Positions 52,701-62,581 of a stretch of 64,000 nucleotides of DNA are shown in pieces. Under the pieces are notes generated by a model. It saw only the letters and a list, made by a program, of their open reading frames with translations, did no database searches and was not told where the DNA came from. The DNA lies in IMG/VR virus record IMGVR_UViG_3300023174_004481, positions 8,542 through 72,541 of that record, one strand, 5' to 3'. The position numbers and the translations under genes were made by a program. Within the stretch, counting starts at the first letter, position 1, and every line of letters begins with the position of its first letter. The stretch comes from a virus.

Positions 52701-53598
52701 AATTAGTTGTTGTTGCATAATTACTTGTCAAAGTCCCACTTAATGAACCAATCTTAGTTTCTAATGTACTGCCAGTACTTGCAAGATTATTTGCTACTGC
52801 TGTAACGCTAGCGTCTGTTGCATAAACGTTATCAAGATTATTAATCTGATTTTGTAGATTTGAACCTGTGGACGCGAGATTAATTATTGTAGCATAGTTA
52901 GAAGTTAGAGCTCCACTCAAAGAAGATATACTAGAGTTTAAAGTAGTTCCAGTTGAATTTAAATTACTTATTGTAGCATAAGTATTAGATGCAACATTTG
53001 TTGTAAGATAATTTCCAGTTAAAGTTCCGCTAAGAGAATTAATTTTATTTTCTAAATTCAAACCTGTTAAACTTAAATTAGATGAAAGTATATTTATATT
53101 GCTTTGAAGAGAAGATCCAGTAGATGCTAAGTTATTTGATATACTTGAATCTTGAGAATTTACATAACCACTTAGATTATCTATTTTAATATTTAATGTA
53201 TTACCAGTTGAATTTAATTGAGAATCTGTTGCATAAGTTGCGTCTAAAGTTCCAGTATATCCAGTAAACAATCCACTTAAATTATTTATTGAAGTATTTA
53301 AATTGGCGCCAGTATTATTTAAATTAGTTGTTAATGAGTTTACTGCTGATTGAAAATATCCACTATTACCAGAAATAAAAATTGTATTAAGACCACTATT
53401 ATAAACTATATTTCCATCTGCTCCAGTTATAATAATGTTTTCTGCAGTTAGTGAATTTATTGATGTAGGATTGCCTTTTTCGCCTCTTGGTCCTTGAGGT
53501 CCAGGAATAGAAATGTTAGTAGCTAAAACTTGCGTTGGTGATGTTACATCAACACTAATTGTACTAGGCAAATTAACATCTACTGTAATGTCTGCCAT
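49780..53598 (-). CDS. Long coiled-coil fibre protein
   Basis: More than 20 copies of YATI.NLASTGSTL...I.SLSGTL; short collagen segment GPQGPRGEKG; GIGT..PSEKLQV.GN repeats; LALAYAIAL trimerisation-type end. Confidence 0.8.
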   Translation of the reverse strand: MADITVDVNLPSTISVDVTSPTQVLATNISIPGPQGPRGEKGNPTSINSLTAENIIITGADGNIVYNSGLNTIFISGNSGYFQSAVNSLTTNLNNTGANLNTSINNLSGLFTGYTGTLDATYATDSQLNSTGNTLNIKIDNLSGYVNSQDSSISNNLASTGSSLQSNINILSSNLSLTGLNLENKINSLSGTLTGNYLTTNVASNTYATISNLNSTGTTLNSSISSLSGALTSNYATIINLASTGSNLQNQINNLDNVYATDASVTAVANNLASTGSTLETKIGSLSGTLTSNYATTTNLANTGSTLVNSINSLSGTLTGNYLTSSTASSTYATITNLSSTGSNLNNNIISLSGLFTGYTGTLDATFASDTQLANTGATLINTINSLSGTLTGNYLTSSSASNTYATITNLASTGSTLVSSINSLNSVFTGFTGNLDATYATDSQLQNTGSTLSQNINSLSGTLTGNYYLKSNPSGFITGVDLSSYLTSSTASSTYATITNLNSTGNTLNSSINSLSGTLTGNYVTKSNGQFINRPTVNGTGVLLSGEEARLPNTILYTTGNQIKSGRLIIGDTIVDPNSPYTLSLQTNYQDTFLEILNSGGSGEGAFIGINRNDFEQYNWQGGDILFFTSPNHSAGDERLRITNSGSVGIGTSSPSEKLQVNGNIIANNLIYTTGNQIKTGHLVIGDAILDRSSPYTLSLQSNNALTLLEILNNGGSGQGAQVCMNGNEFELYNNQGGDIVFYTAENPNSGIERLYIKNNGNIGIGTNIPSEKLQVVGNILANNLVYNTGNQTISGNKTFTEDLVVQKSGFFWNGIKIGLNSIIITEESIKISGDPVIVRSTFTGYTGDVVNTYSTITNLASTGSTLNNSISSLSGTLTSTYATINNLASTGSTLQSNISSTGNSLDNKIGSLSGTLTSTYATIINLASTGSTLNTKINDLSGYVNTQDNSISNNLSSTGNTLQNSINSLSGSSVLLYGNQSVGGIKTFRDNVYINNLFVTGTETIISTNNFNVQSPYVLLNLTGGAVDGGIFFVTGSGLTGVNDTGPIIGFDHSNKFKFGVSTRNSDLSTLPDIASVQDITAYSGFVDGKYATISNIGLTGSTFQTNINTLTTNVGLTGSTLAGNIASTGSTLQTNINNLSNTYATISNVALTGSTLATNIASTGSTLNSNISSLSGTLTSTYATITNLASTGSTLVSSINSLSGTLTSNYATISNLASTGSSLNSNINSLSGTLTSTYATITNLASTGSNLNTQIENTKKLALAYAIAL

Positions 53599-53602
53599 AA
53601 AT

Positions 53603-53947
53603 TTATCTCGTTACTTCTGGTAAAATTGAAAACTTTCCTCGCATTAATTTAATAGTATTTCCAGTAGGTATTCCAGATGGATATCTTTCAATATCATAAA
53701 TATGATCGCTAACTGGAAGATCTTGTGAAATATAAGAATTAATATTAATTGCAATCGTACCAGATGTACTATTAGTAATAGTAGGATTTAAATCTAATAA
53801 AACTCCTGTAGCACCATAATTAGTGCGAACTTGACCTCTTACCTGATAGCCACTTAAATTTAGTGCTGTTCCGTTGCTATCTTTTAAATTTAACGTTAAT
53901 TGTATATAGTCGCCTTGATACCCAGTAATATTGTAAAATGTTGCCAT
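53603..53947 (-). CDS. BppU-N-like fibre attachment protein
   Basis: YQGD....L.LKD..G..LNLSGY..RGQVR...YDIE...GKF.I.PEVTR. Confidence 0.7.
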   Translation of the reverse strand: MATFYNITGYQGDYIQLTLNLKDSNGTALNLSGYQVRGQVRTNYGATGVLLDLNPTITNSTSGTIAININSYISQDLPVSDHIYDIERYPSGIPTGNTIKLMRGKFSILPEVTR

Positions 53948-53972
53948 GTTAAATATTACACTTTAATTGATA

Positions 53973-54125
53973 TTATTTTTTGTATAATTCTTTTGTTACG
54001 TCGTCTGCAGAACCCATAGTTGGGGTTTCTGGATATTTAGTAGGTAATTCTCTGCTTTCATAGCTTTGTTCTGAACAACCATTTAAAATCAATAATAAAG
54101 GTAATATTAACACTAACTTTTTCAT
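53973..54125 (-). CDS. 50-aa lipoprotein absent from the ORF track
   Basis: MKKLVLILPLLLILNG-CSEQSYESRELPTKYPETP..KK*; lipobox LNGC; own GTGTAA at 54134-54139. Confidence 0.7.
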   Translation of the reverse strand: MKKLVLILPLLLILNGCSEQSYESRELPTKYPETPTMGSADDVTKELYKK

Positions 54126-54133
54126 AAAGACTA

Positions 54134-54760
54134 TTACACTTTTAAGGAATCTTCTATTAATTTAGCTTCTGCATCTCGCCTGCGACTCATGCCCTTTTCT
54201 ATGCTTCCACCAATCCATATTCTTTTCATGCTTCTTATTTGATTAGCTATAAAAGTTAATGCTTTTTGATCATAATTAGATACTAATTTCATGCCATCTC
54301 TTATTAATTTCATTTCGCGGCGACGATCACCTTCTAAAGCTGCTCCTCTATTAAATACAAGACTAACTAATCCACCTTTTGCATCTTCTGGAAGATTATC
54401 AAAATTAGGAAAAGTTTGGCGCGTTAAATTATAGAATTTAGTTACTGTTTTATTATTAAATACTTTAAGAGCAAGATCCCAAGGAATAGTTATATCTTTT
54501 AATCCTCTAATAAGATCTTTTGCGGCTATGCCTTTTATGCCAACAATTTTATATAATCTATCAAAATCTTTTTGAGGCAATTCTTTCCAGTCATTTGTGA
54601 ATTCTGTTTTATTCACATATCCCAAATCATAACCAACACCAATTGTAACTCCGCTTTGCTCTCCTGGCCATGCTGGACTTTTTAAAAATTTATTATAATA
54701 GTTTTCGCCACCGCCAACTTCAAATTCGAGAATAAGATCTAAGGATTTTTTATTCAACAT
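54134..54760 (-). CDS. Endolysin, pesticin/T4-lysozyme-like muramidase
   Basis: LILEFE, WPG..SGVTIGVGYDLG, LVSLVFNRG, MKRIW, RRRDAEA. Start set at MLNKK. Confidence 0.85.
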   Translation of the reverse strand: MLNKKSLDLILEFEVGGGENYYNKFLKSPAWPGEQSGVTIGVGYDLGYVNKTEFTNDWKELPQKDFDRLYKIVGIKGIAAKDLIRGLKDITIPWDLALKVFNNKTVTKFYNLTRQTFPNFDNLPEDAKGGLVSLVFNRGAALEGDRRREMKLIRDGMKLVSNYDQKALTFIANQIRSMKRIWIGGSIEKGMSRRRDAEAKLIEDSLKV

Positions 54761-54762
54761 AA

Positions 54763-55425
54763 TTAAATTGCAGATATTGTAACTGTTCCGCTCCATCCAC
54801 CATAAGATGTATAAGTTCCTATTAAATTACCTATTCCGATTGGAGCCACATATCCTTTATCAATCTCAGCAATTAATGTAATTACCCAATTTGCTCCACT
54901 ATAATATACTTTATAAGTATTTGTCTCATCATAATAAATTGGTCGTGGAATGCCAACCGCATTTTTCAAACCACTATCATAAAATCTCAAATTATCTATA
55001 TTTGGAACTGCGCTTATACCTGTTGCTTTATATACATATACCCTGTTTCCAAGATTTATTTTTCCACCACCAAGATTTTCTTTTTTAATAGAAATTTTAT
55101 TTTTATATTCAGATATTGTAACAGTTCCAGTTGTAGAAACAAATGTGGCTGGATATGATCCAGTTGTAATATCTGTTGCTCCTATTTTCGTCCAACTATT
55201 TGTAGTGAAAGTTCCAATATTAGCTATAGGTCCTATATACCAAGCCTCAACTCCAATAGTGTTATACCAGATAGCATATTGACCATTTTCACTATAAAAA
55301 GATTTTTTACCATTATAAATTAAACCACTATCATAAAATCTCAAACCATTAATATTAGGCGATAGCCCTGTTCCAAAAGCTTTATATAGATAATCTCTAG
55401 TTTTAGGTATTATTAATCTGCCCAT
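54763..55425 (-). CDS. Hypothetical protein with an internal domain duplication
   Basis: YKA.G....PNI..LRFYDSGL occurs twice. Confidence 0.65.
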   Translation of the reverse strand: MGRLIIPKTRDYLYKAFGTGLSPNINGLRFYDSGLIYNGKKSFYSENGQYAIWYNTIGVEAWYIGPIANIGTFTTNSWTKIGATDITTGSYPATFVSTTGTVTISEYKNKISIKKENLGGGKINLGNRVYVYKATGISAVPNIDNLRFYDSGLKNAVGIPRPIYYDETNTYKVYYSGANWVITLIAEIDKGYVAPIGIGNLIGTYTSYGGWSGTVTISAI

Positions 55426-55430
55426 TTTAT

Positions 55431-55847
55431 TTAATTATTAATTTTATCTATGGTCTTGTCTAGTATATTATCTTGAGGAACTTTTTCTTTTAACCAACTA
55501 TTAAGAACTCCAAAATAAACAAGATGTTCACTATCAATTAAAAACAATTCATTACGAAAATTGTCTTTATAAGGAGTTATTCCAGAGTCTTCGTTTAGAT
55601 CAATTGCTTTTTCTTTTTTAAATTTGATTCTGTACATTTTAATTAGATTATTATATCGTTCGCGCGCCTGACGAGTAATAAGCGCATCATCACCAACAAA
55701 AGAAATTAATCCTCCATTGTCTTTTTGATATTGCTTAGGAGTAGTTGCGTCATATGAAGATTTATCATCTTCTATTTTATTTGGAGTTACAGTAGCGCAA
55801 CCAATTAGAATAACATTAAGAACTAATACGCTTACGAATTTCTTCAA
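55431..55847 (-). CDS. Lipoprotein (o-spanin candidate)
   Basis: Lipobox LIGC; overlaps the 3' end of the upstream TM/coiled-coil gene. Confidence 0.6.
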   Translation of the reverse strand: MKKFVSVLVLNVILIGCATVTPNKIEDDKSSYDATTPKQYQKDNGGLISFVGDDALITRQARERYNNLIKMYRIKFKKEKAIDLNEDSGITPYKDNFRNELFLIDSEHLVYFGVLNSWLKEKVPQDNILDKTIDKINN

Positions 55848-56016
55848 GATTTTTCTCCTGTACTTCTTTTTCTATTTCACTTTGATGACTAACTTCTTTT
55901 TGAGCTTCTTGGCGCTCTTTCATTTCTTTTGTATTCTTAGCACCGAATACATTATTAATTGCTGCGAATATTCCAGATACTGCTGAAAGTAGTGCTGTTA
56001 ATATTCCAGTTGGCAT
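55816..56016 (-). CDS. Small membrane-anchored coiled-coil protein (i-spanin candidate)
   Basis: N-terminal hydrophobic helix followed by a charged coiled coil. Confidence 0.5.
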   Translation of the reverse strand: MPTGILTALLSAVSGIFAAINNVFGAKNTKEMKERQEAQKEVSHQSEIEKEVQEKNLEEIRKRISS

Positions 56017-56018
56017 GA

Positions 56019-56468
56019 TTACTCTACGTAACTTGCTGTAGCATCTTTACATCCAGATGCAATAGCATTAAGTACCTTAATAGCAAGTGCGGTATTACCA
56101 TCTAATCTTGCAAATTGTTGAGCGTAAATATCTTTGATAACACTAACATAATTTACCCAATGAGTTTTTTCTTCTGGAAGATAATCAACAAGAGCTTTTT
56201 GAAGTTGATCTGGAGTTGGAGCAGTTCCAACTGTTAATCCTTCAACGATTGCTGCAACATGATTAATCATTTTAGCTTTTTCAATTCTATCACTACCAGA
56301 AACGGCTTGATCAAGAACAACTGTGCAAGCAAGCACAACTGCTGGTTTAACATAAGGTAGTGCATTTGAAACACTTGTTGCTGGATCAACTTGACCAGTT
56401 GGAGTTGTAGCACAAGCACCAAGAAATACGCTCAAAAGAGCAACTGCGACTAATTGTAATTTATTCAT
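56019..56468 (-). CDS. Lipoprotein
   Basis: Signal peptide with lipobox LGAC. Confidence 0.7.
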   Translation of the reverse strand: MNKLQLVAVALLSVFLGACATTPTGQVDPATSVSNALPYVKPAVVLACTVVLDQAVSGSDRIEKAKMINHVAAIVEGLTVGTAPTPDQLQKALVDYLPEEKTHWVNYVSVIKDIYAQQFARLDGNTALAIKVLNAIASGCKDATASYVE

Positions 56469-56749
56469 ATGTTTTCTCCATTTGTTCTATCTTTTGCTTC
56501 AGTTGTTTGAGCTACTGTTCCACCAGTAACTGCTGCATCTTTTACTGTTAATGCAAAGACGATACCTGATACAACTGCAACTAATTTTGAAATTCCAAGA
56601 ATATAAATTTCTGCTTGATCTGGAAGAAATGTTACTAATGAAGGATCAGAGTGAATTGCTATTGCTGTGCAAACTGCTACAACTGTAACTATTCCAGATG
56701 AGCTAGATCTCCAATTTGGGCCAAATATTTTAGATAGCATAGTTTTCAT
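56465..56749 (-). CDS. Holin-like membrane protein
   Basis: NWRSS.SGI, two TM helices, KD..VTGG; first gene of the lysis cassette; GTGTAA at 56756-56761. Confidence 0.65.
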   Translation of the reverse strand: MKTMLSKIFGPNWRSSSSGIVTVVAVCTAIAIHSDPSLVTFLPDQAEIYILGISKLVAVVSGIVFALTVKDAAVTGGTVAQTTEAKDRTNGENI

Positions 56750-56800
56750 AATATATTACACTATATTATAATAATATATATTTATAAAATCTAATATTAA

Positions 56801-59800
56801 TTATGATTCTGGGTTAGTTACTATTAACTGATCACTTGAGTTGAAATATCTTAATCTCTGAATTAGTGATGCATTTTTAAATAGTGTTGTGTTATATCCA
56901 GAATATACATGAGTTGATGATGTAAAAACTATATTGTTAATATCATCTTCACTAGTGTTAAATATAAAACCGCTTCCTATTGTGTTATACTGAAAATTGT
57001 TTCCTATGGTGTTATTGTTAAAATAGTTTCCTATGGTGTTACTGTTAAAATAGTTTCCTATGGTGTTAACTCCAAAACTAAACCCTATAGTATTAGCCGC
57101 AAAATAGTTTCCTATAGTGTTGTCGTAAAAATTATCTTTTGTAGTATTGCCGTGAAAATTGTTTCCTATAATGTTACCTTCAGCACCAGCTCCAATCATA
57201 TTAGTATAGCAACTGTTTCCTATGTTATTGGTGGCAAAACTATTTCCAACAAAATTTTGATAAAAATAATTTCCTATAGTATTGATATTGAAATAACTTC
57301 CAATAAAATTAGTATTGAAAACGTTTCCGATTTTATTGTAAGCAAATTGGCTTGAAATAGTATTACCAAAATTACTACTTTCTAAAGCATTAAAAAAGAA
57401 ATTATCTCCAATATTATTATAACTAAAATTAATCCCAATAGTATTATTGTTGAAACCACGTCCAATCATATTAGAATAAAAAAAGTCTCCAATAGTATTA
57501 GCATAAAAATATTCTGCGATAAGATTAAAAAAACAATTATTCCCAATAGTGTTATTGTTTGTATTAGAACCAAACATTACATTGTTATGTCCACCTTTTA
57601 TTTTTATATTATAAGTATTATTTAATAAAAAAGTTCCTAATCCAGTAAAAGTAGAAGTAAAAGTTGGTTGTTGAATTCTTGAACTAGGAATGGCTGGTAA
57701 TTGTATTATAAAATCACCTACATTATATTCATCATATAAACCCACAAACGCAAGACCTTCTTCTGTAGGAAAATAAGTTCCACTTTCAACAAAATCTGAT
57801 ACAGGTGTCCAAAAATTAGTATTAGTTAAAGCATTTCCACTATTACCTGTAACTAATGAATAATAAAGTTTGCCACGATTAGAATTATTTCCAGTTTCTT
57901 TAACAAAATTTAATCTAGTATATTGATAATTTCCAGAATAATTAGGAACAGAACTAACATCTGGTTTACAGCAATTAACTGTTATATTTCTCCAGTCGTA
58001 AGGAATATCAATATTAAGAATATTATCTATTCTTCTGTAAATCCAACCTTTAAAGTTTGGTATAGCTGCATTATTATTTATCTGTCCCCAAGAGTAGGAA
58101 CCACTTGCATCTATATTATAATAAATTGTATCTTGAGGATAAGTTTCTGATTGAGCTATGTGGTATATTTTATTTTTAGAAAGCGCAGTAACAATAAGGG
58201 GTTCTATAACAGTTCCTGATTTTACTGTTTGATCATTGATTGATTGATTGTTCCATTTAAGAATAAAATCTGAAATTCTATATAATTGGCCGCTAAATAA
58301 ACCATTACTTGCTATTAGTCCTGTTAAGTTTGAATATGTGGTATTTAAAATTTGTCCAGTATTGTAAACTAAATTAGTAGTATAAACTTTATCAAAAACT
58401 CCAGTTAAAGTATTTCCAGAAATTAAACCAGAAACAATTAGTCCGTTTTTTAATTCCATTATTGCGTTAGACTGATCAATTGTTAATATATCTGATGCAC
58501 TTCCATACGTTCCTGTTTTATAAATAGTAATTGAACTATTGTGTTGATTACTTCCTGGTGCACCAAAAAATGGATTTACTTGTATATTGCCATCTAAATA
58601 AATTGTTCCTTTAGATGTACTAGCATTGTTTCTTCCAACAGATAGATTTAAATTACCAGGAGTAGATACAGCATTTCCAGCATATAAATTTAAATTACCT
58701 CCGCTTGTAGCTCCAGATGCACTAGAAATAGTTATACTATCTCCAGAATCTCCATTAAAAGATGCAAAATTAGTTATAATATTAATGCCACTTCCAGAAA
58801 CTCCAGAAATATTGCTCATAAATACTGGACTTGCAAATGTTTTTACTCCACTTATACTTTGAATGCCAGTATTATAAACTACGTTAGGAGCAACTATACC
58901 AGTTGCAAACGTTTTAATACCGCTGACAGTTTGAGTACCAGTATTATAAACAACATTAGGAATGACTACTCCAGTTGCAAAAGTTTTTACTCCACTAATG
59001 GTTTGATTGCCAGTATTATAAACAAGATTAATTGCGCTAATTGAATTTGTAGAAGTAACAACTCCGCTTGTTATAGTTATATCTACTCCAGAAAGATTTA
59101 AAGTATCCATGTTACTTAAATCAAGAGCATTGAAATATCCAGTGCCAGAAACTTGAAGATTACCAGACATTACTACTCCTGTTGTAAATGTTTTACTTCC
59201 ACTTATAGTTTGAGTTCCACTAGTTTGTACAACTGTATTTGAAATTTGACCAGCTTCTCCGCTTAATAATATTCCAGTGCCATTTACAGTTGGTCTATCA
59301 ATAAAAGCTTTAACTCCACTTATTGTTTGATTGCTAGTATTATAAACTAAGTTATCTGCATAAAGATTTCCATCTATTAATTCATCTGTTTTAGAAATAT
59401 AAATTTGTCCATTATAAGAAACTAAAGATTGATACTTTCCATCACTACTAATTGAAACCTCATAACAAATTCCAATTCCATTTCTTTTCAAGGTCCAAGT
59501 ATTACCATAATCTATAGAAACATAAACTCCATCATTACCAGCAAGCGCGGTTTGATATTTACCATTGCTACTTATTGAAATTGAACTCCAATTTCTACTG
59601 CTATCTTTTATTACCCAAGTATTACCATAATCTGCAGAAATATAAATTTCAAATCCATTTCCAACTGCTGTTTGATACTTTCCATCACTACTAATTGAAA
59701 TATTTTGCCACATTTTGGAAGTTGCTTTTGCTGCCCAAGTATCACCATAATCATTAGATATATAAATATTTCCATTTTGAGCAGTTGCAGATTGATATTT

Positions 59801-62581
59801 TCCATCGTTGCTTATTGAAATTGAATTCCAACTTAAAGTATTAGTATTTTTACGAGTCCAAGTATTGCCGTAATTATTGGAAATATAAATACCACCTCCA
59901 CTTATAGTTGCAGATTGATATTTTCCATCACTACTAATTGAAACTGAATTCCAAGCTCCAGATTGAGTACCAGTAAAAGTCCAAGTATTACCATAATCAG
60001 AAGATATATATATAAAGCCACCTGTTACAACCGCTGTTTGATACTTGCCATCGCTACTGATTGATACGCTCCACCAGAGTCTATTAATGTCTTTTGCTGC
60101 CCAAGTATTACCATAATCTGTAGAAACGTAAATTTGTCCAGCATTAACTATAGCAGTTTGATATTTACCATCGCTACTGATTGAGATGCCATACCAAGCG
60201 CGATTACTTTGTTTAGCAGTCCAAATGCTTCCAAAATTACTATCAACTAATCTACTAGTATTTTGAGAAAGTTTTGTTGTTCCTAAAAAATATCCTCCAT
60301 CATAATTTCCAGAATATCCTATTCCAGTAAGATATCCACTTGGTTTTGAAATTTGTAAAAGATTATCTTGAATTACTAAATTATTAGTAAAATTTTTAAT
60401 TCCACTTATGATTTGATTTCCAGTATTATAAACAAGATTTTTAGGGATTGGATGAGTATGATCTATTTTAGAATAAATATCTGTTGATCCATTTGATCCA
60501 CTATTTGTTAAAGGAATTGCTGGTAAATTATATGGACTTGTTGATCTAAAAGACCACTCACCATTACTTTCAGTAAACCAATCATATGTTATATTACTTT
60601 CCCAATTTGAATTGGTATTTTGACTTATGACCGTAGGATAGTTTTCTGCTCGTTCTGCTGAATTTTCGTTATCTCCATATATATATTTTAAAATCCATGT
60701 TTTAGAATTATTTGTTAATGATATTGAATTTCCTGGCCAAGTTATTGTAGATAAAGAATTTCCTGTATTAGTTGATTGTAATGTATAAGCAGTTGTTCCC
60801 TCACAAACTCCACTTAAAATCCAATAATTTGAAGGTAATTTATAAAGATAATTTAATGTACTAAAAGCGGTATCTTGTCCTATTCCAGTATATTCAATAT
60901 AAATTTGCGAAAAATAAGCATTTCCTTTAGTAGTTGGATTTTGAGTATCTGAAAAAAGAGTTAAAGAAGCTTCAGAAGGTACTCCTAAAATATTATTTAC
61001 AGAATTAAAATTATTAACTTTTAAACTATATTGATGAGCAAGTTCATAATAATAATCATTACCACCATAACGGTCACTATAAAAACTAAGAAGATATCTA
61101 AATACTGAACTAGGCCATTCTCTATATATTTTTTTTCCTCCTAATGCATATTGATCATATGGACTATTATAATCTCCACTTAAAAAACAATGTAAATTAC
61201 CAAAATAATTAACTTCCTCAGTTACTTCTACTTCATCAGGGTCATTATTATAAAAGGTATTTATTGTACCTATTTTAAAAACTTGAGTAAAAATATCTGA
61301 ATAAAACCAAAGTCCAGTTGGATAATTTGTAGGAGTTGATGTTAATACTTTATCCCACCTATTATATTTTTTAATATATAGTCCATCATTTATTTTACTA
61401 AAAATTGTTCCAACGCCAGCAGAAGGATTATTATATTTTATATAAAGTCCTGCATTGTCATTACTTGAAAGATCTATGCTTCCCCCAGTTCCTCCTACTG
61501 CATCCTGTCTTTGTCCTGCTGATAAATTTATACTTCCACCATTACTCTCAAAAGCAGATGATAAATTTATAGAGCCTCCAACTATAAATCCTCCTCCATC
61601 TGAAACTCCACTAGATACTATTGAGCCTCCGCCATGTGAAAGGTTAATGCTTCCACCACCATTTGAAAGATTTATACTTCCGCCTGGAGTTTGTTCATTT
61701 TGTCCTCCAGCTAAATTAATACTTCCACCAGGAGCATTTTCAGGATTGCCAGCATTTAAATTTATAGAACCGCCATATGAAAAATTGTCATCATTTATGG
61801 AACCTATGCTAGATATATTACCACCATTATTTGAAAGATTTATTGATCCACCAGTTGCAGTAATATTATTATATTGATCAAATTGACCATTAGATATAAT
61901 ATCTCCTCCTGCTTTAGAAAGATCTAATACTCCTCCATTAGATGAAAGATTTATGTATCCTCCACTACCTGATTCTGTAGAATTTAAATTTATAAAACCG
62001 CCATTGAGATATTGACCATTACTGCCATATGCATTTGCTTCTATGTATCCACCAACTGCTGCTTGGCCTCCACCATTTAGTTGTATATATCCGCCATGTG
62101 AATCTTCTCCTCCAGCATTTAATTGTATATAACCTGCATTAGATCTATAACCTCCATTTGCTTGAATAGATCCACCAGCTCCAGCATTTGCATCCTGAGT
62201 TATACCTCCTCCTCTTAATTGAATAAATCCTCCATTACCGCCATTACCTATTTGGTATTCTGGTTCTGGCTCTTCTGGGTTTAATCCTCCTCCTCTTAAA
62301 TCAATAAATCCACCATCACCACCTCTTGCCCCATAAATTGAAGAAGAACTTCCTCCATCTAAATAAATATTTCCACCTACTCCGCCAATTCCAGCATTAG
62401 CACTAGTTCCACTTCCTGCAGTTATAATAGAAGTATCAAGATAAATTGCACCAGTTGAAAAAATTTTAGTCCCAGATATAATTTGAGTACCAGTATTATA
62501 AACTAGATTGGGAGCAATTACTTCGTTATTAAAACGACCACTATTTGATAGTAATGTCTTAGCTTTAAATCTTTGTGCCAT
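56801..62581 (-). CDS. Large mosaic tail fibre/adhesin
   Basis: GG.I.L Gly-rich repeats; 7-bladed SISSDGKYQ..YGNTW propeller; NLVYNTGNQTISG.KTF repeats; N.IG..F decapeptide beta-helix. Confidence 0.8.
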   Translation of the reverse strand: MAQRFKAKTLLSNSGRFNNEVIAPNLVYNTGTQIISGTKIFSTGAIYLDTSIITAGSGTSANAGIGGVGGNIYLDGGSSSSIYGARGGDGGFIDLRGGGLNPEEPEPEYQIGNGGNGGFIQLRGGGITQDANAGAGGSIQANGGYRSNAGYIQLNAGGEDSHGGYIQLNGGGQAAVGGYIEANAYGSNGQYLNGGFINLNSTESGSGGYINLSSNGGVLDLSKAGGDIISNGQFDQYNNITATGGSINLSNNGGNISSIGSINDDNFSYGGSINLNAGNPENAPGGSINLAGGQNEQTPGGSINLSNGGGSINLSHGGGSIVSSGVSDGGGFIVGGSINLSSAFESNGGSINLSAGQRQDAVGGTGGSIDLSSNDNAGLYIKYNNPSAGVGTIFSKINDGLYIKKYNRWDKVLTSTPTNYPTGLWFYSDIFTQVFKIGTINTFYNNDPDEVEVTEEVNYFGNLHCFLSGDYNSPYDQYALGGKKIYREWPSSVFRYLLSFYSDRYGGNDYYYELAHQYSLKVNNFNSVNNILGVPSEASLTLFSDTQNPTTKGNAYFSQIYIEYTGIGQDTAFSTLNYLYKLPSNYWILSGVCEGTTAYTLQSTNTGNSLSTITWPGNSISLTNNSKTWILKYIYGDNENSAERAENYPTVISQNTNSNWESNITYDWFTESNGEWSFRSTSPYNLPAIPLTNSGSNGSTDIYSKIDHTHPIPKNLVYNTGNQIISGIKNFTNNLVIQDNLLQISKPSGYLTGIGYSGNYDGGYFLGTTKLSQNTSRLVDSNFGSIWTAKQSNRAWYGISISSDGKYQTAIVNAGQIYVSTDYGNTWAAKDINRLWWSVSISSDGKYQTAVVTGGFIYISSDYGNTWTFTGTQSGAWNSVSISSDGKYQSATISGGGIYISNNYGNTWTRKNTNTLSWNSISISNDGKYQSATAQNGNIYISNDYGDTWAAKATSKMWQNISISSDGKYQTAVGNGFEIYISADYGNTWVIKDSSRNWSSISISSNGKYQTALAGNDGVYVSIDYGNTWTLKRNGIGICYEVSISSDGKYQSLVSYNGQIYISKTDELIDGNLYADNLVYNTSNQTISGVKAFIDRPTVNGTGILLSGEAGQISNTVVQTSGTQTISGSKTFTTGVVMSGNLQVSGTGYFNALDLSNMDTLNLSGVDITITSGVVTSTNSISAINLVYNTGNQTISGVKTFATGVVIPNVVYNTGTQTVSGIKTFATGIVAPNVVYNTGIQSISGVKTFASPVFMSNISGVSGSGINIITNFASFNGDSGDSITISSASGATSGGNLNLYAGNAVSTPGNLNLSVGRNNASTSKGTIYLDGNIQVNPFFGAPGSNQHNSSITIYKTGTYGSASDILTIDQSNAIMELKNGLIVSGLISGNTLTGVFDKVYTTNLVYNTGQILNTTYSNLTGLIASNGLFSGQLYRISDFILKWNNQSINDQTVKSGTVIEPLIVTALSKNKIYHIAQSETYPQDTIYYNIDASGSYSWGQINNNAAIPNFKGWIYRRIDNILNIDIPYDWRNITVNCCKPDVSSVPNYSGNYQYTRLNFVKETGNNSNRGKLYYSLVTGNSGNALTNTNFWTPVSDFVESGTYFPTEEGLAFVGLYDEYNVGDFIIQLPAIPSSRIQQPTFTSTFTGLGTFLLNNTYNIKIKGGHNNVMFGSNTNNNTIGNNCFFNLIAEYFYANTIGDFFYSNMIGRGFNNNTIGINFSYNNIGDNFFFNALESSNFGNTISSQFAYNKIGNVFNTNFIGSYFNINTIGNYFYQNFVGNSFATNNIGNSCYTNMIGAGAEGNIIGNNFHGNTTKDNFYDNTIGNYFAANTIGFSFGVNTIGNYFNSNTIGNYFNNNTIGNNFQYNTIGSGFIFNTSEDDINNIVFTSSTHVYSGYNTTLFKNASLIQRLRYFNSSDQLIVTNPES

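Noticed and set aside
56995-57120. 30-bp periodic direct repeats (aatagtttcctatggtgtt) resembling a mini-CRISPR or DGR template/variable repeat
   Set aside because: They are in frame and encode N.IGN.F decapeptide beta-helix repeats; there are no unique spacers, cas genes or reverse transcriptase in the window.
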